Below, piece by piece: positions 20,192-33,239 of a stretch of 64,000 nucleotides of DNA. Made by a program: the position numbers and the translations under genes. The stretch covers positions 288,001-352,000 of the forward strand of contig CBDCVR010000014.1 of the NCBI GenBank assembly GCA_965223155.1, given 5' to 3'. The DNA is from Candidatus Multivoradales bacterium. GTDB lineage: Bacteria; Acidobacteriota; Thermoanaerobaculia; Multivoradales; JAHEKO01. The notes under the pieces were generated by a model that did not search any database, was not told the origin of the DNA, and was given only the letters and a program-made list of their open reading frames with translations. Numbering within the stretch: the stretch's first letter is position 1; each line of letters opens with the position of its first letter.

Positions 20192-21688
20192 CTAGCCGCC
20201 GCCGGCGAAGCTTGGAGTCTCCGGAGCTTCGATGGTGGTCTCCCTCTTGGTGATTCCCCTCACGGTGATATGGAGCCAGATGAGACATACCATTGCCACG
20301 ACAAAGAAGAAGACCCAGGTCGTGGTCCAGAGCCCGATACCCTTGAGCAGATAGCCGAAGATGATGGGGCAGAAAAAGCCCCCGAGCCCGCCCAGAACCC
20401 CGACCATCCCTCCAACGACTCCGACCTCGGTGGGGAAATAGTCGGGGATGTACTTGTAGACCGCCGCCTTGCCGATTCCCATGGCGATCCCAATCACGAA
20501 CACCAGCGCGGTGAACACCCAGACGTTGGCCTGGAAGAAGATGTTGGTGACGCCCCTGGCGAGCAGTTGGCGCTTGATGACGGTTTGGCCGACCTCGACC
20601 GCCGGCACGTGCCAGGAACGGATGACCGGCAAGAGGTGGGTCTGGGACTCATCGATCTGCATCGCTTGCTCGGACTCGAGCTCGTAGGTGTCCTCTCCCA
20701 CTCGGATGCTGGTTTCGGACACCGCGGTCACGGTGCCGCTCTTGCGGGCCATGACCCCGCTTCCGGTCGACTCGATCTCCATCTTGGGAAAGAACAGCGC
20801 TGCGCAGCAGAGCGCGGTCGTCCCCAGAATCCAGTACATCACGGTGCGAGCGCCGACCCGATCCGACAGGTAGCCGCCCAGGGCGCGAATCACGCCGGAC
20901 GGCAACGAGAAGATCGAAGTCAGCAGGCCGGCGGTCACGATCGACATCGAGTAGACGTTCACGTAGTACGGCACGAGCCACTGGGCCAGGGCGACGAAGC
21001 CGCCGAAAACCAGGAAGTAGTACAGGCCGAATCGCCAGACGCGCACGTTGCTCAGCGGCCGCAGCATCTCCAGGAAGGTCCGCTGCGAGGCGGCCTCCGG
21101 CTTCCTGTTCCTGGTGAACAGGTAGAAGACGATCGCCATCACGACCAGCGTGGCGGCGTAGTAGACCGGAAGATCTCGCCAGCGCTCCAGGTCCTGGCCT
21201 CCGTTGGTGAGCTTCCTGAGAACCGCGGGCGCTCCCATGACGGTCAGCGCCGCCCCGGCGTTCCCGGCTCCGAAGATGCCCAGGGCCGTGCCCTGGTGCT
21301 CCTTGCGAAACCAGACCGACGAAAACGCGATGCCCACCGCGAACGAGGTTCCGGTGAGGCCGAAGCCCAGGCTCGCGAGCAGGTAGCCGGAATAGGAGTC
21401 AACGTGGCTCAGCAGGTACATCGGAACCGCGCACAGAAGCATCAGCGTCGCGTAGACCGGGCGGCCACCGAAGCGGTCGGTGAGCATGCCCAAGGGCAAT
21501 CTCATGATCGAGCCGGTCAGAACCGGGATACCGATCAGCGTACCCATCTGGGCCGCGTCCCACTCGAAAATCCCGTTCTCGACCAGGAAGGTCACCAGCA
21601 CGCCGTTGAGCATCCAACAGGCGAAGCAGACGGTGAAGGCGATCGTATTGAGAGCGAGTACCTGCCACGCCAGCCTCGTTTCTTTCAT
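20192..21688 (-). CDS. narK: NarK-family nitrate/nitrite MFS transporter with an inserted soluble loop
   Basis: GTSFAVGIAFSSVWF..E.QGTALGIFGAGNAG; FGLYYFLVFGGFVA. Confidence 0.92.
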   Translation of the reverse strand: MKETRLAWQVLALNTIAFTVCFACWMLNGVLVTFLVENGIFEWDAAQMGTLIGIPVLTGSIMRLPLGMLTDRFGGRPVYATLMLLCAVPMYLLSHVDSYSGYLLASLGFGLTGTSFAVGIAFSSVWFRKEHQGTALGIFGAGNAGAALTVMGAPAVLRKLTNGGQDLERWRDLPVYYAATLVVMAIVFYLFTRNRKPEAASQRTFLEMLRPLSNVRVWRFGLYYFLVFGGFVALAQWLVPYYVNVYSMSIVTAGLLTSIFSLPSGVIRALGGYLSDRVGARTVMYWILGTTALCCAALFFPKMEIESTGSGVMARKSGTVTAVSETSIRVGEDTYELESEQAMQIDESQTHLLPVIRSWHVPAVEVGQTVIKRQLLARGVTNIFFQANVWVFTALVFVIGIAMGIGKAAVYKYIPDYFPTEVGVVGGMVGVLGGLGGFFCPIIFGYLLKGIGLWTTTWVFFFVVAMVCLIWLHITVRGITKRETTIEAPETPSFAGGG

Positions 21689-21722
21689 AACGTAATCCGC
21701 TCGCTGGTTTCGCGACCCTCGG

Positions 21723-23360
21723 TCAGCACGAGATCTCCGCGTTCTTGCGGGCGTAGTACCACCAGTTGAGGGCCAGGCAAGTCGCGTAGTACCCGGCGAA
21801 ACCGTAGAGCGCGTTCTGGGGCGTGCCCGCCTGGATCTGGGTGGCGAAGATCTTGGGAATGAGGTAAGCGCCGTACGCCGCGATGGCCGACGTCCAGCCG
21901 AGCACGGGTCCGCGAACGTCTTTCGCGAAGATGACGCCGATCATTCGGAAAGTGGAACCGTTGCCGATGCCCGTGGTCGCGAACAGAACGATGAAGAGCA
22001 GCAGGAAGGCGGGAAAGTACGTCGTCGGCTCGGGCGACGCCATCGCGAGAGAGACGACGTAGCCGGCGCCGATCGTCGACGCGACCATGATGACCGTGTC
22101 CCACTGGGTGACGCGGGCACCTCCCAGCCGGTCCGACAGCCACCCACCCACGGGACGGATGAGCGCTCCCACGCCGGCACCGATCCAGATGAACGCCGCC
22201 GAGCTCAGGCCGGTCGGTTCACCCGCGTGCTCGCCTACGCGGATGACCCCGAACACGTCATCGATCAGTTTCGGAAAGGCGTTCGCGTAACCGATGAATG
22301 AACCGAAGGTCATGACGTAAAGGTAGGTCATGACCCAGTTGTGTTTGAGCTTGAAAATCCCGAACTGCTCCTGGAGGTTCTCGCGCGTCTCCTTTGACGT
22401 CAGATACCGCATGGCGGCCAGGGTGACGGCCACCGCCACGATGACGACGATGAAAGTCTTCAAGACCACCGGGAAGGCGCCCCAAGGCAGGATCAGCAGC
22501 GTGATGCCGGCGGCCGCGCCGACCAGCCCCAGGAGGGTGAGCCAGAGGTACTTGCCGACCGCGGCCGGCGTCGATCCACATTTGTGGAAGGGTAGGTTGT
22601 TCATGAACAGAAACGCCAGGACCACGAGCAGGGCGAGGATCGGCACCCAGACCAGACCGGCGTTCTGAATCCACAGCTGCTTGGCGACGCCATCGGCGGC
22701 GAACTCATAGGGATCGCCGCTCAGGGGTCCGAAGGCGCGGAACGTGATCACCCACGGGATCACGAACTGCATCACGCTCACTCCCAGGTTCCCGAGCCCG
22801 GCGTTCAGCCCCAGCGCAAGCCCCTGCTCGCGCTTCGGGAAGAAGAAGCTGATGTTGGACATCGACGATGCGAAAGCGCCGCCGCCGACGCCGGAAAGCG
22901 CCGCGAGCACGATGAAGACGAGAAACGGCGTCGTGGGGTCACGCAACGCCAGGCCCGTACTCAAGGCCGGCACGATGAGCAGCAGGCTGGTCATGAACTT
23001 CACGTTGCGCCCGCCACAGATCGCGATCATGAACGAGTTGGGGATGCGCAGAGTGGCTCCCGCCAGCCCCGCGACCGCTGGGAGCGTGAACAGCAACGCA
23101 CGGTATTCGAGCCCTTCGTAGGCCTGCCCGGCGTTCATGAAGGTGAAGTTGAAGAGCTCGCCGTCGGAAGCAAAATGGAGTTGCTGGATGTACTTGGCGA
23201 CCATGCCCCAGTAGATCCAGACGGCAAAACCCAGCAGCAGGTTGGGAATCGAGATCCAGAGGTTCCGACGAGCGACGGCCTTGCCCTCGCGATTCCAGAA
23301 GGCGTCGTCTTCGGGATCCCAGTAGTGGGGCCAGGACCGGTCGTGGTTGTCGGATTTCAT
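21723..23360 (-). CDS. narK: NarK-family (NarK2/NarU-like) nitrate/nitrite transporter
   Basis: WDPEDDAFW, GGAFASSMSNISFFFPK, YVMTFGSFIGY, GIGNGSTFRMI. Confidence 0.92.
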   Translation of the reverse strand: MKSDNHDRSWPHYWDPEDDAFWNREGKAVARRNLWISIPNLLLGFAVWIYWGMVAKYIQQLHFASDGELFNFTFMNAGQAYEGLEYRALLFTLPAVAGLAGATLRIPNSFMIAICGGRNVKFMTSLLLIVPALSTGLALRDPTTPFLVFIVLAALSGVGGGAFASSMSNISFFFPKREQGLALGLNAGLGNLGVSVMQFVIPWVITFRAFGPLSGDPYEFAADGVAKQLWIQNAGLVWVPILALLVVLAFLFMNNLPFHKCGSTPAAVGKYLWLTLLGLVGAAAGITLLILPWGAFPVVLKTFIVVIVAVAVTLAAMRYLTSKETRENLQEQFGIFKLKHNWVMTYLYVMTFGSFIGYANAFPKLIDDVFGVIRVGEHAGEPTGLSSAAFIWIGAGVGALIRPVGGWLSDRLGGARVTQWDTVIMVASTIGAGYVVSLAMASPEPTTYFPAFLLLFIVLFATTGIGNGSTFRMIGVIFAKDVRGPVLGWTSAIAAYGAYLIPKIFATQIQAGTPQNALYGFAGYYATCLALNWWYYARKNAEISC

Positions 23361-23475
23361 CTGTTCTCCCCGGGGTCCTCGTGTCGAGCTCGAGACCGGC
23401 CGACTTCGCGTCGCCAGGCTGCCGAAAGCCCCTCTACGATGGCTCGCGCGGCCGGCGGCGACGGGTCGCGCTCCA

Positions 23476-24204
23476 TCAGTTGTTGCTGGGCCGCGCCTTG
23501 CTCCAAGCTGTCCGCGGGTCACGGATCCGCTTGCGGTCCCAGTTCCACAGCACCTGCTGATAGGGCCGTGTGAAGTAGTGCAGCGGCGCGACCACGACGT
23601 GCACCAACCGGGTGAACGGGAACATGAACAGGATGAGAAACGCGCCGATGATGTGCAGCCGGACCAGAAGCGGCAGGGCGATGACCGCTTCGGCGTCGGG
23701 CGTCATGCCGACGAGGGACCAGAGGTAGGGCGACAGGTCCGCCGCGAACCAAGACGAGCCCCACCGATAGGCAACGGCGATCCAGCACCCGAGCACGACC
23801 TGAGCCAATAGCAGCGTCTCGATGACGGCGTCCATCGGGGTGGTGATCGCTCGGATGCGTGCGTTGGTGAAGCGCCGGAACATCAGCGCCAGGAGACTCG
23901 ACAGCACGCTCAATCCGAAAACGAAGGCCGTGACTTCCAGGATCAGAAGACGAACGGGAACGGCGTTCCAGGCGAGAATCGCCCGCGGAAACAAGAAGGC
24001 GACGAGATGGCCTGCGAACAGCACCAGCAGTCCGATGTGAAAGGGCACGCTGCCCCAGAAGAGTTTGTTCCCCTCGAGGAACTGTGAAGAGAGCGATGAC
24101 ACCGTGAACCCTCTCTTCCGGTACCGGTAGACCGTGCCGACCACGAAGACGACGACGGCCATGTACGGAAAGATGACGTAGAGGAAGGTGTCGAGCGTGT
24201 TCAT
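23476..24204 (-). CDS. narI: Respiratory nitrate reductase gamma subunit
   Basis: SSLSSQFLE, FHIG, LHIIGAF, PFTRLVHV. Confidence 0.95.
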   Translation of the reverse strand: MNTLDTFLYVIFPYMAVVVFVVGTVYRYRKRGFTVSSLSSQFLEGNKLFWGSVPFHIGLLVLFAGHLVAFLFPRAILAWNAVPVRLLILEVTAFVFGLSVLSSLLALMFRRFTNARIRAITTPMDAVIETLLLAQVVLGCWIAVAYRWGSSWFAADLSPYLWSLVGMTPDAEAVIALPLLVRLHIIGAFLILFMFPFTRLVHVVVAPLHYFTRPYQQVLWNWDRKRIRDPRTAWSKARPSNN

Positions 24205-24967
24205 GGGTTCCTCCTCACGAGTGCCGGGTGCCCGTGGAGCCGGGGCTCCGCCGCCGGCCGTGCCTGAGTAGCCGGGAGACCCTCGTTCGCTTCTATATCC
24301 AACTCCCGGTCGATGGAGCGTAGAAAGTCGCTCCGGGGCGCCGGCCGCTCGCGCTCGGCGAGACTGAAATCCGCTTCGAGCACAGCCACGACCGCCGCGA
24401 GCGCGTCGCGGAACATGGTGCCTCGCTCGGCGGAAGAGACGATCAGAGTCTTGAAGTGCTTCTCATAGAGCTTGTTGCGCTGCTCCATGCGGCGGCTGTC
24501 GAACTCCTCGATCATCCGCACCAGCGCCGGGTACAGGATCTCTTCGACCAACTCCACGACCAGCTCCTGGTCGGGCCACCGGGCGATCAGGCGCAGAACC
24601 TTGGGCAGGTGATCGGAGAGCTCGGTGCCGGCTTCGATGCCCGCTTCGCGCTGCTCGCGGTTCAGGTTGACCAGAAGCTCGCCGCGCTTGTAGTCGTCCC
24701 CGAACATGATGTAGCCGACGCTCAGAGTGGTGATCGACTGCACGTCGAAGGACCGCGTGAAAATCTCTTGCATCTCGTCGAGGTCTTCGCTGGAGAAACT
24801 CCCGGGTGCCCCCGGCAAGTCACTCGCGAAGCGGCCGAGCTTGTTCTCGGCCAGCGGGTAGCGGTTGCCAAGAGTGTCTCGGACCGCGCGGACCCGAGCC
24901 GGGTAGTCCCTTCCCGGATACTCGAAGAGCTCGGCGAGCAACTCGTAGTGAGCGAGTCTCGACACGC

Positions 24968-24971
<4 letters not shown>
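24201..24971 (-). CDS. narJ: Nitrate reductase molybdenum cofactor chaperone
   Basis: LAELFEYP, FTRSFD, FGDDYKRG, ELSDHLP; GTGA overlap with the narH stop. Confidence 0.9.
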
Positions 24972-26521
<1,550 letters not shown>

Positions 26522-26557
26522 TTCAGCTCTCCCGTCCGTGGGGCGTCGTTGCGTTCG

Positions 26558-29500
26558 TCAAAACACCACCTCGTCCATCCGCTTGACGACGACGTGGGTG
26601 TCGCGGTTGGGAGCGATCGGCCCCCAGTAGTTGAAGCCGTAGGCGAACTGTCCGTAGCCTCCGGCGAGGAAATTGGGTTTGAGATGAATGCGAGTGAGGC
26701 TGTTGTGGCCGCCCGCCCGCTTGCCCCGGACCTGGGACTTCGGAATGCCCACCGTGCGCTCCGGTACGTGGTAGACGATGCACACGCCTTTGGGAATCCG
26801 CGCACTGACACAGGCGCGCGCGGCGTAGACACCGTGGTCGTTGATGACCTCGACCCAGTCGTTGTCCTCGATGCCCAGCTCCGACGCATCGGGCTCGCTC
26901 ATCCAGACCGGCTCGCAGCCTCGCGACAGGGTCAGCATCCGGTGGTTGTCGCCGTAGGTGGAATGGATGTGCCACTTGCCGTGGGGCGTCAGGCAATTGA
27001 GGATCCTCGCCTCGCCATCCTTCAGCGTCTGCTTGAGGTCGCCGTAGGCCTCGGGCTTGGGCGACGGCTTGTAGGTCGGCAGGTTCTCGCCGTAGGCCAG
27101 GTACATCTCGTGGTCGAGATAGAAGTGCTGGCGTCCGGTGAGCGTCCGCCAAGGCACCAGTGCCTCGACGTTGTAGGTGTAGGGGGCGTAGGCGCGCCCG
27201 TCGTGCATGAGGCCCGACCACAGCGGCGAGGTGTTGTACCGGCGCGGCTGGGCCTGCAGGTCCGCGTAGTTGATGCGTACGTCCTTGCTGCCCAGCCCGA
27301 GCTCGGCGAGCTCGAGTCCGGTCCGTTCCCCCGCGTCCTCGTAGGCACGCACATTGAGCACGCCGTTGGTCAGGGAAGACAGATGCAGCACAGCGTTGGC
27401 GGCCCACACGTCTTCCTTCAACGACGGCAAGACGTGGCCGTTGGTGCGCTCCACGGGGAAGTGGTTGGAGGAGATCATCTCGTCGTAGGCGTCGGCGCAG
27501 TGGTAGTGATTGCCGTGAGCGCCCAAGCCCGCGGTGCGAACTCGATCTCCCAGCGTGATGAACTTCTCGTAGAGCTTGGTGTAGTCACGGTCGACGACCG
27601 TGAGGCTGTGGGTCGTCTTGCCGGGCACCGGTTCGCACTCGCCCTGGTACCAGTCCTTGATGACCGACTGGGAGATCTCCCCGGGCGAATCGTGTGCGAT
27701 CGGCGCGGCGACGACGTCCTTTTGCGGCTCGGAGAAATACTGTGCCGCGGCTTCGCTCGTGACCCGGGCCAGCTCACGGAAGATCTCCCAATCCGTCTTC
27801 GACTCCCACACCGGCGCGATAGCGGCTGAGAGCGGATGGATGAAGGAGTGCAAGTCCGTGCTGTTGAGGTCCGCCTTTTCGTACCAGGAGGCCGCGGGCA
27901 GGACGATGTCGGAGTACAGCGCCGACGAGTCCATGCGGAAGTTCAGGTCGACGATGAGATCCATCTTGCCGACCGGCGCGATCTCGTGCCACTTGACCTC
28001 GCGGGTATGGTCCTCGGAGTCTTCGGCGATCGAGTTGTGGTGGGTGCCGAGGTAGTGCTTGAGTGCGTACTCGTGCCCCTTCATGCTGCCCATGATGGCG
28101 TTGCCGCGCCAGATGTACCAGACGCGCGGGAAGTTGTGCTCGGCTTCCGGATCGCTGACCGAGTACCGCAGCTCTCGGCTCTCGAGCTTGTTCATCACGT
28201 ACTGTTCGATGCCGGCGTCGTCGGTCGCGCCGTTGTCGACCGCCTCCCGGCATAGGTCCAAGGTGTTCTTGTCGAACTGCGGATAGAAGGGCATCCATCC
28301 CATGCGTACCGCCTTGTAGATCTGGTCGGCGGTGTGCTGTTGGGTGAGCTCGTTGTCGGGAACAGTGTTGTACTTGGAGAACTGTCCGTCGTAGCGGTAC
28401 TGGCAGGTGTTGATGTAGTGCCAGATGGGGGTCTGCTGCAGTCGAACCGCCGGCTGGTGGTCGCGGCCAAACGCGATTGTGCTCCAGGAGTCCATCGGCG
28501 CCAGCTTCTCCTGGCCGACGTAGTGGTTGAGGCCACCGCCGTTCTTGCCCACGCAGCCGGTGAGCATGAGGGCCATCGCCCCGGCCCTGTACATCAGGTT
28601 GGCGTGGTACCAATGATTGATGCCCGCCCCGATGATGATCATGCACTTGCCACCCGTGGCCTCGGCGGTGCTCGCCCACTCACGGGCGAACTGCAGCACG
28701 GTATCGGAGGCCACGCCGGTGAAGATCTCTTGCCAAGCCGGTGTGTAGGCGGCGTCCTTGTCGCCGTAGTCCTCCGGGTAGTCGCCCGGGAGGCCACGAT
28801 CGACGCCGTACTGCGCCATCGTCAGGTCGTAGACCGTCGTCACCGTGACCGGGCCTTCGGTCGTCTCGACCTGCATCACCGGGACCCCGCGGTAGGCCGT
28901 ACGGTCGAGCCCGAACTCGGTGAATGAGGTCTGGGCGACCTCGTCCGATCGCCCGAGCAGGGTCAGCACCGGGTCGTACGGCTGGTCGTCGACGACGCTC
29001 TCGAGCCGCATGTTCCAGTTGCCCTTCTTCTTGTCCCAGCGCGAGCCCGAGCTGCCTTTGGGAATTACGAACCGGCCGGTCTCAGCGTCGAGATTGACGA
29101 ACTTCCAGTCGCCGTTCGAGATGTCCGAATACTCGGCGAGCTCCGAGGCGCGCAACAGCCTTCCGGGCTTGTAGTGGTCGCCGTCTTTCTCGAGCTTCAC
29201 GAGATACGGGCTGTCCGTGTACCTCTTCGTGTAGTCGATGAAGTAGGGGGTTTGCTTTTCGTGATGGAACTCCTTGAGGATGACGTGGGTGGTCGCCATC
29301 CAGAACGCTCCGTCACTGCCGGCGTGCAGTGGCACCCACTGATCGGCGTACTTGCAGACCTGGCTGAAGTCCGGCGAAAAGACCACGGCCTTGGTGCCGT
29401 TGTGACGAGACTCGGCGAAGAAGTGGCAGTCGGGCGTGCGCGTCATGTTCAAGCACGCGCCCATGTCCGCGATCATCTTGGCGTTGTACCAATCGGCGCT

Positions 29501-30169
29501 CTCGCAGACGTCGGTCTGCTCTCCCCAGATCTCCGGAAAGGCGGTAGGCAGGTCGCAGTACCAGTCGTAGAAGCTCAGGTTGACGCCCCCGAAGAGCTGC
29601 AGAAAGCGCCCGCCGGCCGCGTAGCTGAGCATCGACATCGCCGGAATGGGGCTGAACCCGATCACCCGGTCAGGGCCGTATTCTTCGGCCGTGCTGATGT
29701 TGGCAACGGCCATGATCTCGAGAACCTCGTCCCAACTCGCCCGGCGGAACCCGCCCTTGCCGCGGGCCTGCTGGTAGGCCTTTCGGGCCTCCTTGTCTTC
29801 CTGCAGCGCCTTCCAGGCCTTCATCGGATCGCCGGTCTCGCGCTTCTTGGCGCGGAACGCGTCGATGAGGGCGCTGCGGATCAGCGGGTACTTGATCCGT
29901 AGGGGACTGTAGAGATACCACGAGTAGGAGATCCCGCGCTGGCAGCCGCGGGGCTCGTACGGGGGCAGCTGATCATCCAGTAGCGGGTAGTCGAGCTGCT
30001 GCGTCTCCCAGGTCACGATGCCGTCCTTGACGTGGATCTGCCAGGAGCAACCTCCCGTGCAGTTCACACCGTGGGTGCTGCGGACGACGCGATCGTGCTG
30101 GAAGCGGTTGCGGTAGAACTCCTCCCACTTCCTGGTCTGCGGCGAGATGATGTCTTTGATCCAACCCAT
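26558..30169 (-). CDS. narG: Respiratory nitrate reductase alpha subunit (no Tat signal)
   Basis: [44 protein letters not shown]. Confidence 0.97.
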   Translation of the reverse strand: MGWIKDIISPQTRKWEEFYRNRFQHDRVVRSTHGVNCTGGCSWQIHVKDGIVTWETQQLDYPLLDDQLPPYEPRGCQRGISYSWYLYSPLRIKYPLIRSALIDAFRAKKRETGDPMKAWKALQEDKEARKAYQQARGKGGFRRASWDEVLEIMAVANISTAEEYGPDRVIGFSPIPAMSMLSYAAGGRFLQLFGGVNLSFYDWYCDLPTAFPEIWGEQTDVCESADWYNAKMIADMGACLNMTRTPDCHFFAESRHNGTKAVVFSPDFSQVCKYADQWVPLHAGSDGAFWMATTHVILKEFHHEKQTPYFIDYTKRYTDSPYLVKLEKDGDHYKPGRLLRASELAEYSDISNGDWKFVNLDAETGRFVIPKGSSGSRWDKKKGNWNMRLESVVDDQPYDPVLTLLGRSDEVAQTSFTEFGLDRTAYRGVPVMQVETTEGPVTVTTVYDLTMAQYGVDRGLPGDYPEDYGDKDAAYTPAWQEIFTGVASDTVLQFAREWASTAEATGGKCMIIIGAGINHWYHANLMYRAGAMALMLTGCVGKNGGGLNHYVGQEKLAPMDSWSTIAFGRDHQPAVRLQQTPIWHYINTCQYRYDGQFSKYNTVPDNELTQQHTADQIYKAVRMGWMPFYPQFDKNTLDLCREAVDNGATDDAGIEQYVMNKLESRELRYSVSDPEAEHNFPRVWYIWRGNAIMGSMKGHEYALKHYLGTHHNSIAEDSEDHTREVKWHEIAPVGKMDLIVDLNFRMDSSALYSDIVLPAASWYEKADLNSTDLHSFIHPLSAAIAPVWESKTDWEIFRELARVTSEAAAQYFSEPQKDVVAAPIAHDSPGEISQSVIKDWYQGECEPVPGKTTHSLTVVDRDYTKLYEKFITLGDRVRTAGLGAHGNHYHCADAYDEMISSNHFPVERTNGHVLPSLKEDVWAANAVLHLSSLTNGVLNVRAYEDAGERTGLELAELGLGSKDVRINYADLQAQPRRYNTSPLWSGLMHDGRAYAPYTYNVEALVPWRTLTGRQHFYLDHEMYLAYGENLPTYKPSPKPEAYGDLKQTLKDGEARILNCLTPHGKWHIHSTYGDNHRMLTLSRGCEPVWMSEPDASELGIEDNDWVEVINDHGVYAARACVSARIPKGVCIVYHVPERTVGIPKSQVRGKRAGGHNSLTRIHLKPNFLAGGYGQFAYGFNYWGPIAPNRDTHVVVKRMDEVVF

Positions 30170-30202
30170 GTGTCTTCTCTCGGCTTGGTTACGGTCGTGG
30201 AT

Positions 30203-30754
30203 TCAAGCGGATTTGATCTGTCGGTCGTAGATTTCCTGGTTCACCGAGTCCTTCTTGCGGCGGCTCCAGATCAGCGTGTAGAGACCCAGCAGGAGCGTCG
30301 AGCCCACGACCCCGGCGCCGAGCATCAAGGGACCGTAGGGTCGACCCCGGTGCCCGGCCTTCTCGGCGTCGGCGCGCTTCAGAAAGGCCACCAGGGCCGC
30401 GACCTCCGTCTTGGTGGGCGGCCGGTCCCGATAGGCCTGCTGCATCGCCGGGAACGGAGCCGTCTCGATCATGACGGCGATCGCCGACTCGCCCAGGCGT
30501 GAAACGGCGTCCGTGAGCTCGCGTGCCAGAGTCCCACCCCCGATGATCGAGTCGTCGGCCACCTCGTGGCAGGTATTGCACGCCGGGCCCCCGCCGGTGA
30601 GCCGCGTCGTGCCCTGGAAGAGCTCGCGGCCCAGAGCGACCTCTTCCTCGGTGATGGCGAGCACTTCCGGCGGCAGGGCCAGCCAGCCGGTGATGACGAT
30701 GCCCGCGACCGTTATGGCCGGGATGAGCGCGGCCCGCTTGGTGAGCTTTGGCAT
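30203..30754 (-). CDS. Membrane-anchored monoheme cytochrome c upstream of narG (NarC-like)
   Basis: Signal/TM segment, CNTCH heme motif, PAM axial Met, C-terminal TM. Confidence 0.88.
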   Translation of the reverse strand: MPKLTKRAALIPAITVAGIVITGWLALPPEVLAITEEEVALGRELFQGTTRLTGGGPACNTCHEVADDSIIGGGTLARELTDAVSRLGESAIAVMIETAPFPAMQQAYRDRPPTKTEVAALVAFLKRADAEKAGHRGRPYGPLMLGAGVVGSTLLLGLYTLIWSRRKKDSVNQEIYDRQIKSA

Positions 30755-31119
30755 GATCTTCAACCTCTCCAATTCGGCAACACCGGTGTCTTTTCGCGAC
30801 CGGCAACAACGACTCAGCGGATACCGCAGCGATAGCCGTTGTATGACACCGCAACAGGACGGCGAGGAACGTCCAAACGGGCGGGCAAGCCCCGCCCGGC
30901 CGGGTAGGATGACCCGGCTCGTCGGGTCGGTGCCGGCGACGACGACCTGTGCGTTCTCTGCCAGGAAGCGGCAGGCCGCGCGGATTGCAACCCAACCTTG
31001 GCTTCCGATCCGGTTAAGATCCGCCCAAGTGCAGCTTCGTCGCCAACGCCCCTTCCCTTGCCCCGCTCAATGGGAACGCGGGTGGTTGTGCCCGGCGGCC
31101 GCCGGGGTCTCTTCCTCGG

Positions 31120-31332
31120 CTAGAGCCCGCTCTCGCGGTCTGACGTTCTGTCCGGCCTCGACCCGGAAAGCGTCGTGCTGGATTCCTCGTCAAGCGAGGT
31201 CGGCGCACCCACGTGGCAGGAAGCACAGCTCGAAGCCCATTGTTTCGCGAACTCGGGCACGGCCTCCGCCCCCCGCGGCATCGCCAGCGCGATGAGGAGC
31301 AAGAGCAGAGCCGTTGTTAGTGATTTGCGCAT
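31120..31332 (-). pseudogene. Truncated exported c-type cytochrome (possibly cytochrome/porin N-terminus)
   Basis: GGAGG RBS then MRKSLTTALLLLLIALAMPRGAEAVPEFAKQWASSCASCH, degenerating shortly after. Confidence 0.65.
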
Positions 31333-31680
31333 CGTTACCCCTCCGTGAGGTTGGTTGTGTCTCAGGTCCGATTTCATGAGCTCCACTGTCGCGGACAGGC
31401 TGTCGTTAAGTCTGAGCAGTACCTGAGGCGACAGCCCGGCACACGACACCTGGCTTGCCAGACTCAAATAGATGGCCATGGCTAGTTCATCCGCCAGGCC
31501 CGGCATGAGCTCCTGTTCGCTTCTCGCTGCGGCCACCTCTTTCGAGAGGACGCCGCGCACGACCTGGCTCAGTTCCCCCAGATCCTCGGGGTTATCGAGC
31601 GGATGGTCGAGACTGCGCACGACCGCGGCCGCGGCGCCAACCACCTCCTTGGTCCAATGATCGAGCTTGCCATCTCGCAT
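31333..31680 (-). CDS. Hypothetical helical protein, reading in frame into the cytochrome fragment
   Basis: First ORF after the sigma54 promoter; no stop before the downstream RBS and ATG. Confidence 0.5.
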
Positions 31681-31711
31681 ACCGGCCTCGTTCCTCTCGA
31701 ACGGTCATGAG

Positions 31712-31727
31712 AGCAACCGCTGTGCCA
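31712..31727 (-). promoter_or_regulatory. Sigma54 -24/-12 promoter
   Basis: Minus strand TGGCAC-AGCGG-TTGCT matches TGGCAC-N5-TTGCW. Confidence 0.8.
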
Positions 31728-31815
31728 GTCTTGGGTGTGGCACCGATAATCCACCCTTTTTCAGTGACTTACCATGCCACCAAGCACAATCTCGAATCGG
31801 GGAACGCACGATTAC

Positions 31816-31864
31816 CTTGCAAGATTGCAAGAGCTCGCAGTGCAGGCTCTTGCAATCCTGCAAG
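31816..31864. promoter_or_regulatory. Enhancer (UAS) pair for the adjacent NtrC-type activator
   Basis: CTTGCAAGATTGCAAG and CTTGCAATCCTGCAAG palindromes about 90-140 bp upstream of the sigma54 site. Confidence 0.65.
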
Positions 31865-31889
31865 AGCGCCGTCAACCGGAGTCCACGGA

Positions 31890-33239
31890 CTACTTGGGGG
31901 AATCGAGTTCCTTGAGCCGTCGGTACAGAGTCGACGGATCGATCCCCATCCGCCGGGCGGCCTCCTCGCGATTCCCATCGGTCGCCGCCAGCACGCGCGC
32001 TATGTGGTGAGCCTCGTAGGCCCGGACGCCCCGGCGAAGATCGTCGGAGCCAGGTGCGAACACCGGCCGGCCGGAAAGCTCGGCAGGAAGATCCTCGAGA
32101 GTCAAGACCTGGCCTTCGGCCAGCAGCATAGCTCGCTCCAAGGTGTTATCGAGCTCGCGAACGTTGCCCGGCCATGGCGCCGCCATCAGCAGTCTCATGG
32201 CTTCGGCATCAACACTTCGAACGTCCCGCCGCAGCCGGTTCCTGAGCCGAGCCATGAGGTGCTCGACCAGCGACGGAATGTCTTCACGCCGCTCGCGAAG
32301 TGAAGGCAGCTGGATTTCGATCACCCGAATTCGGAAATAGAGATCCTGCCGGAAGGCTTGCCGTTCGACCTCGGCTTTCAGATCTCGGTTCGTCGCCGCC
32401 AGAATCCTGACCGGCGTCTCGATCGTTCGAGTACCGCCGACCCGGCTGATGGCACCTTCTTCAATCGCGCGCAACAGCTTGGGCTGGAGGTCCAGCGGCA
32501 TTTCCGAGATCTCGTCCAGAAAGAGCGTTCCCCCCGACGCGATTTCGAAGAGTCCGGGCTTGTCGGTCGTCGCCCCGGTGAACGCTCCCTTGACATGGCC
32601 GAAGAGCTCGCTCTCAATCAGCTCTCTTGGCAGTGCAGCGCAGTTGATGGCCACAAATGGCGCTTCCTCCCCGTACCGCTCGCGGTGAATCGAGCGCGCG
32701 ACCAGCTCCTTGCCCGTGCCCGTGTCCCCGAGGATAAGGACCGGACTCGGAGCCGGGGCGACCTTGCCGATCAGATCCTTCACCTCTTGCATGGCAGGAC
32801 TCGAGCCAACGATCTCGGAGCCGGTATCCGCCGTGGCAACCTGGCGGCGCAGAAACCGAAGCTCGCTTTCGAGTTTCCTCGTCCGCTGAATGCGCCGAAT
32901 CTTTGCGAACAGATCTTCCGGCACCACGGGCTTCAGCAGGTAATCGGCGACGCCCTTGCGGAACGCCTCGACGGCGGTATCGAGCGAGCCGAATGCGGTC
33001 ACCACGATGACTACCGACTCAGGGCTCACGGCGCCCAGCCGGTCGACGAACTCCAGGCCGCCTACGCCCGGCATCACCAGATCGGTCAGCACAATATCCG
33101 GCGGATCCACCTCGACCTTGCGCAGTCCCTCTTCACCGTCGGCTGCGGTCCGGCAGGAGTAACCCTCGGACTTCAGTAGAGTCGCCAGATCCTCCCTGAA
33201 CAGGGCTTCATCGTCGACGATCAGAACCCTCAAGCTCAT
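31890..33239 (-). CDS. Sigma54-dependent response regulator (NtrC/ZraR family)
   Basis: REC domain, GDTGTGKE, ESELFGHVKGAFTGA, WPGNVREL, Fis-type HTH. Confidence 0.95.
   Translation of the reverse strand: MSLRVLIVDDEALFREDLATLLKSEGYSCRTAADGEEGLRKVEVDPPDIVLTDLVMPGVGGLEFVDRLGAVSPESVVIVVTAFGSLDTAVEAFRKGVADYLLKPVVPEDLFAKIRRIQRTRKLESELRFLRRQVATADTGSEIVGSSPAMQEVKDLIGKVAPAPSPVLILGDTGTGKELVARSIHRERYGEEAPFVAINCAALPRELIESELFGHVKGAFTGATTDKPGLFEIASGGTLFLDEISEMPLDLQPKLLRAIEEGAISRVGGTRTIETPVRILAATNRDLKAEVERQAFRQDLYFRIRVIEIQLPSLRERREDIPSLVEHLMARLRNRLRRDVRSVDAEAMRLLMAAPWPGNVRELDNTLERAMLLAEGQVLTLEDLPAELSGRPVFAPGSDDLRRGVRAYEAHHIARVLAATDGNREEAARRMGIDPSTLYRRLKELDSPK

Noticed and set aside
26558-30169. Nitrite oxidoreductase or perchlorate reductase instead of NarG
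   Set aside because: No Tat signal, and the narJ/narI/narK context fits a cytoplasm-facing respiratory Nar.
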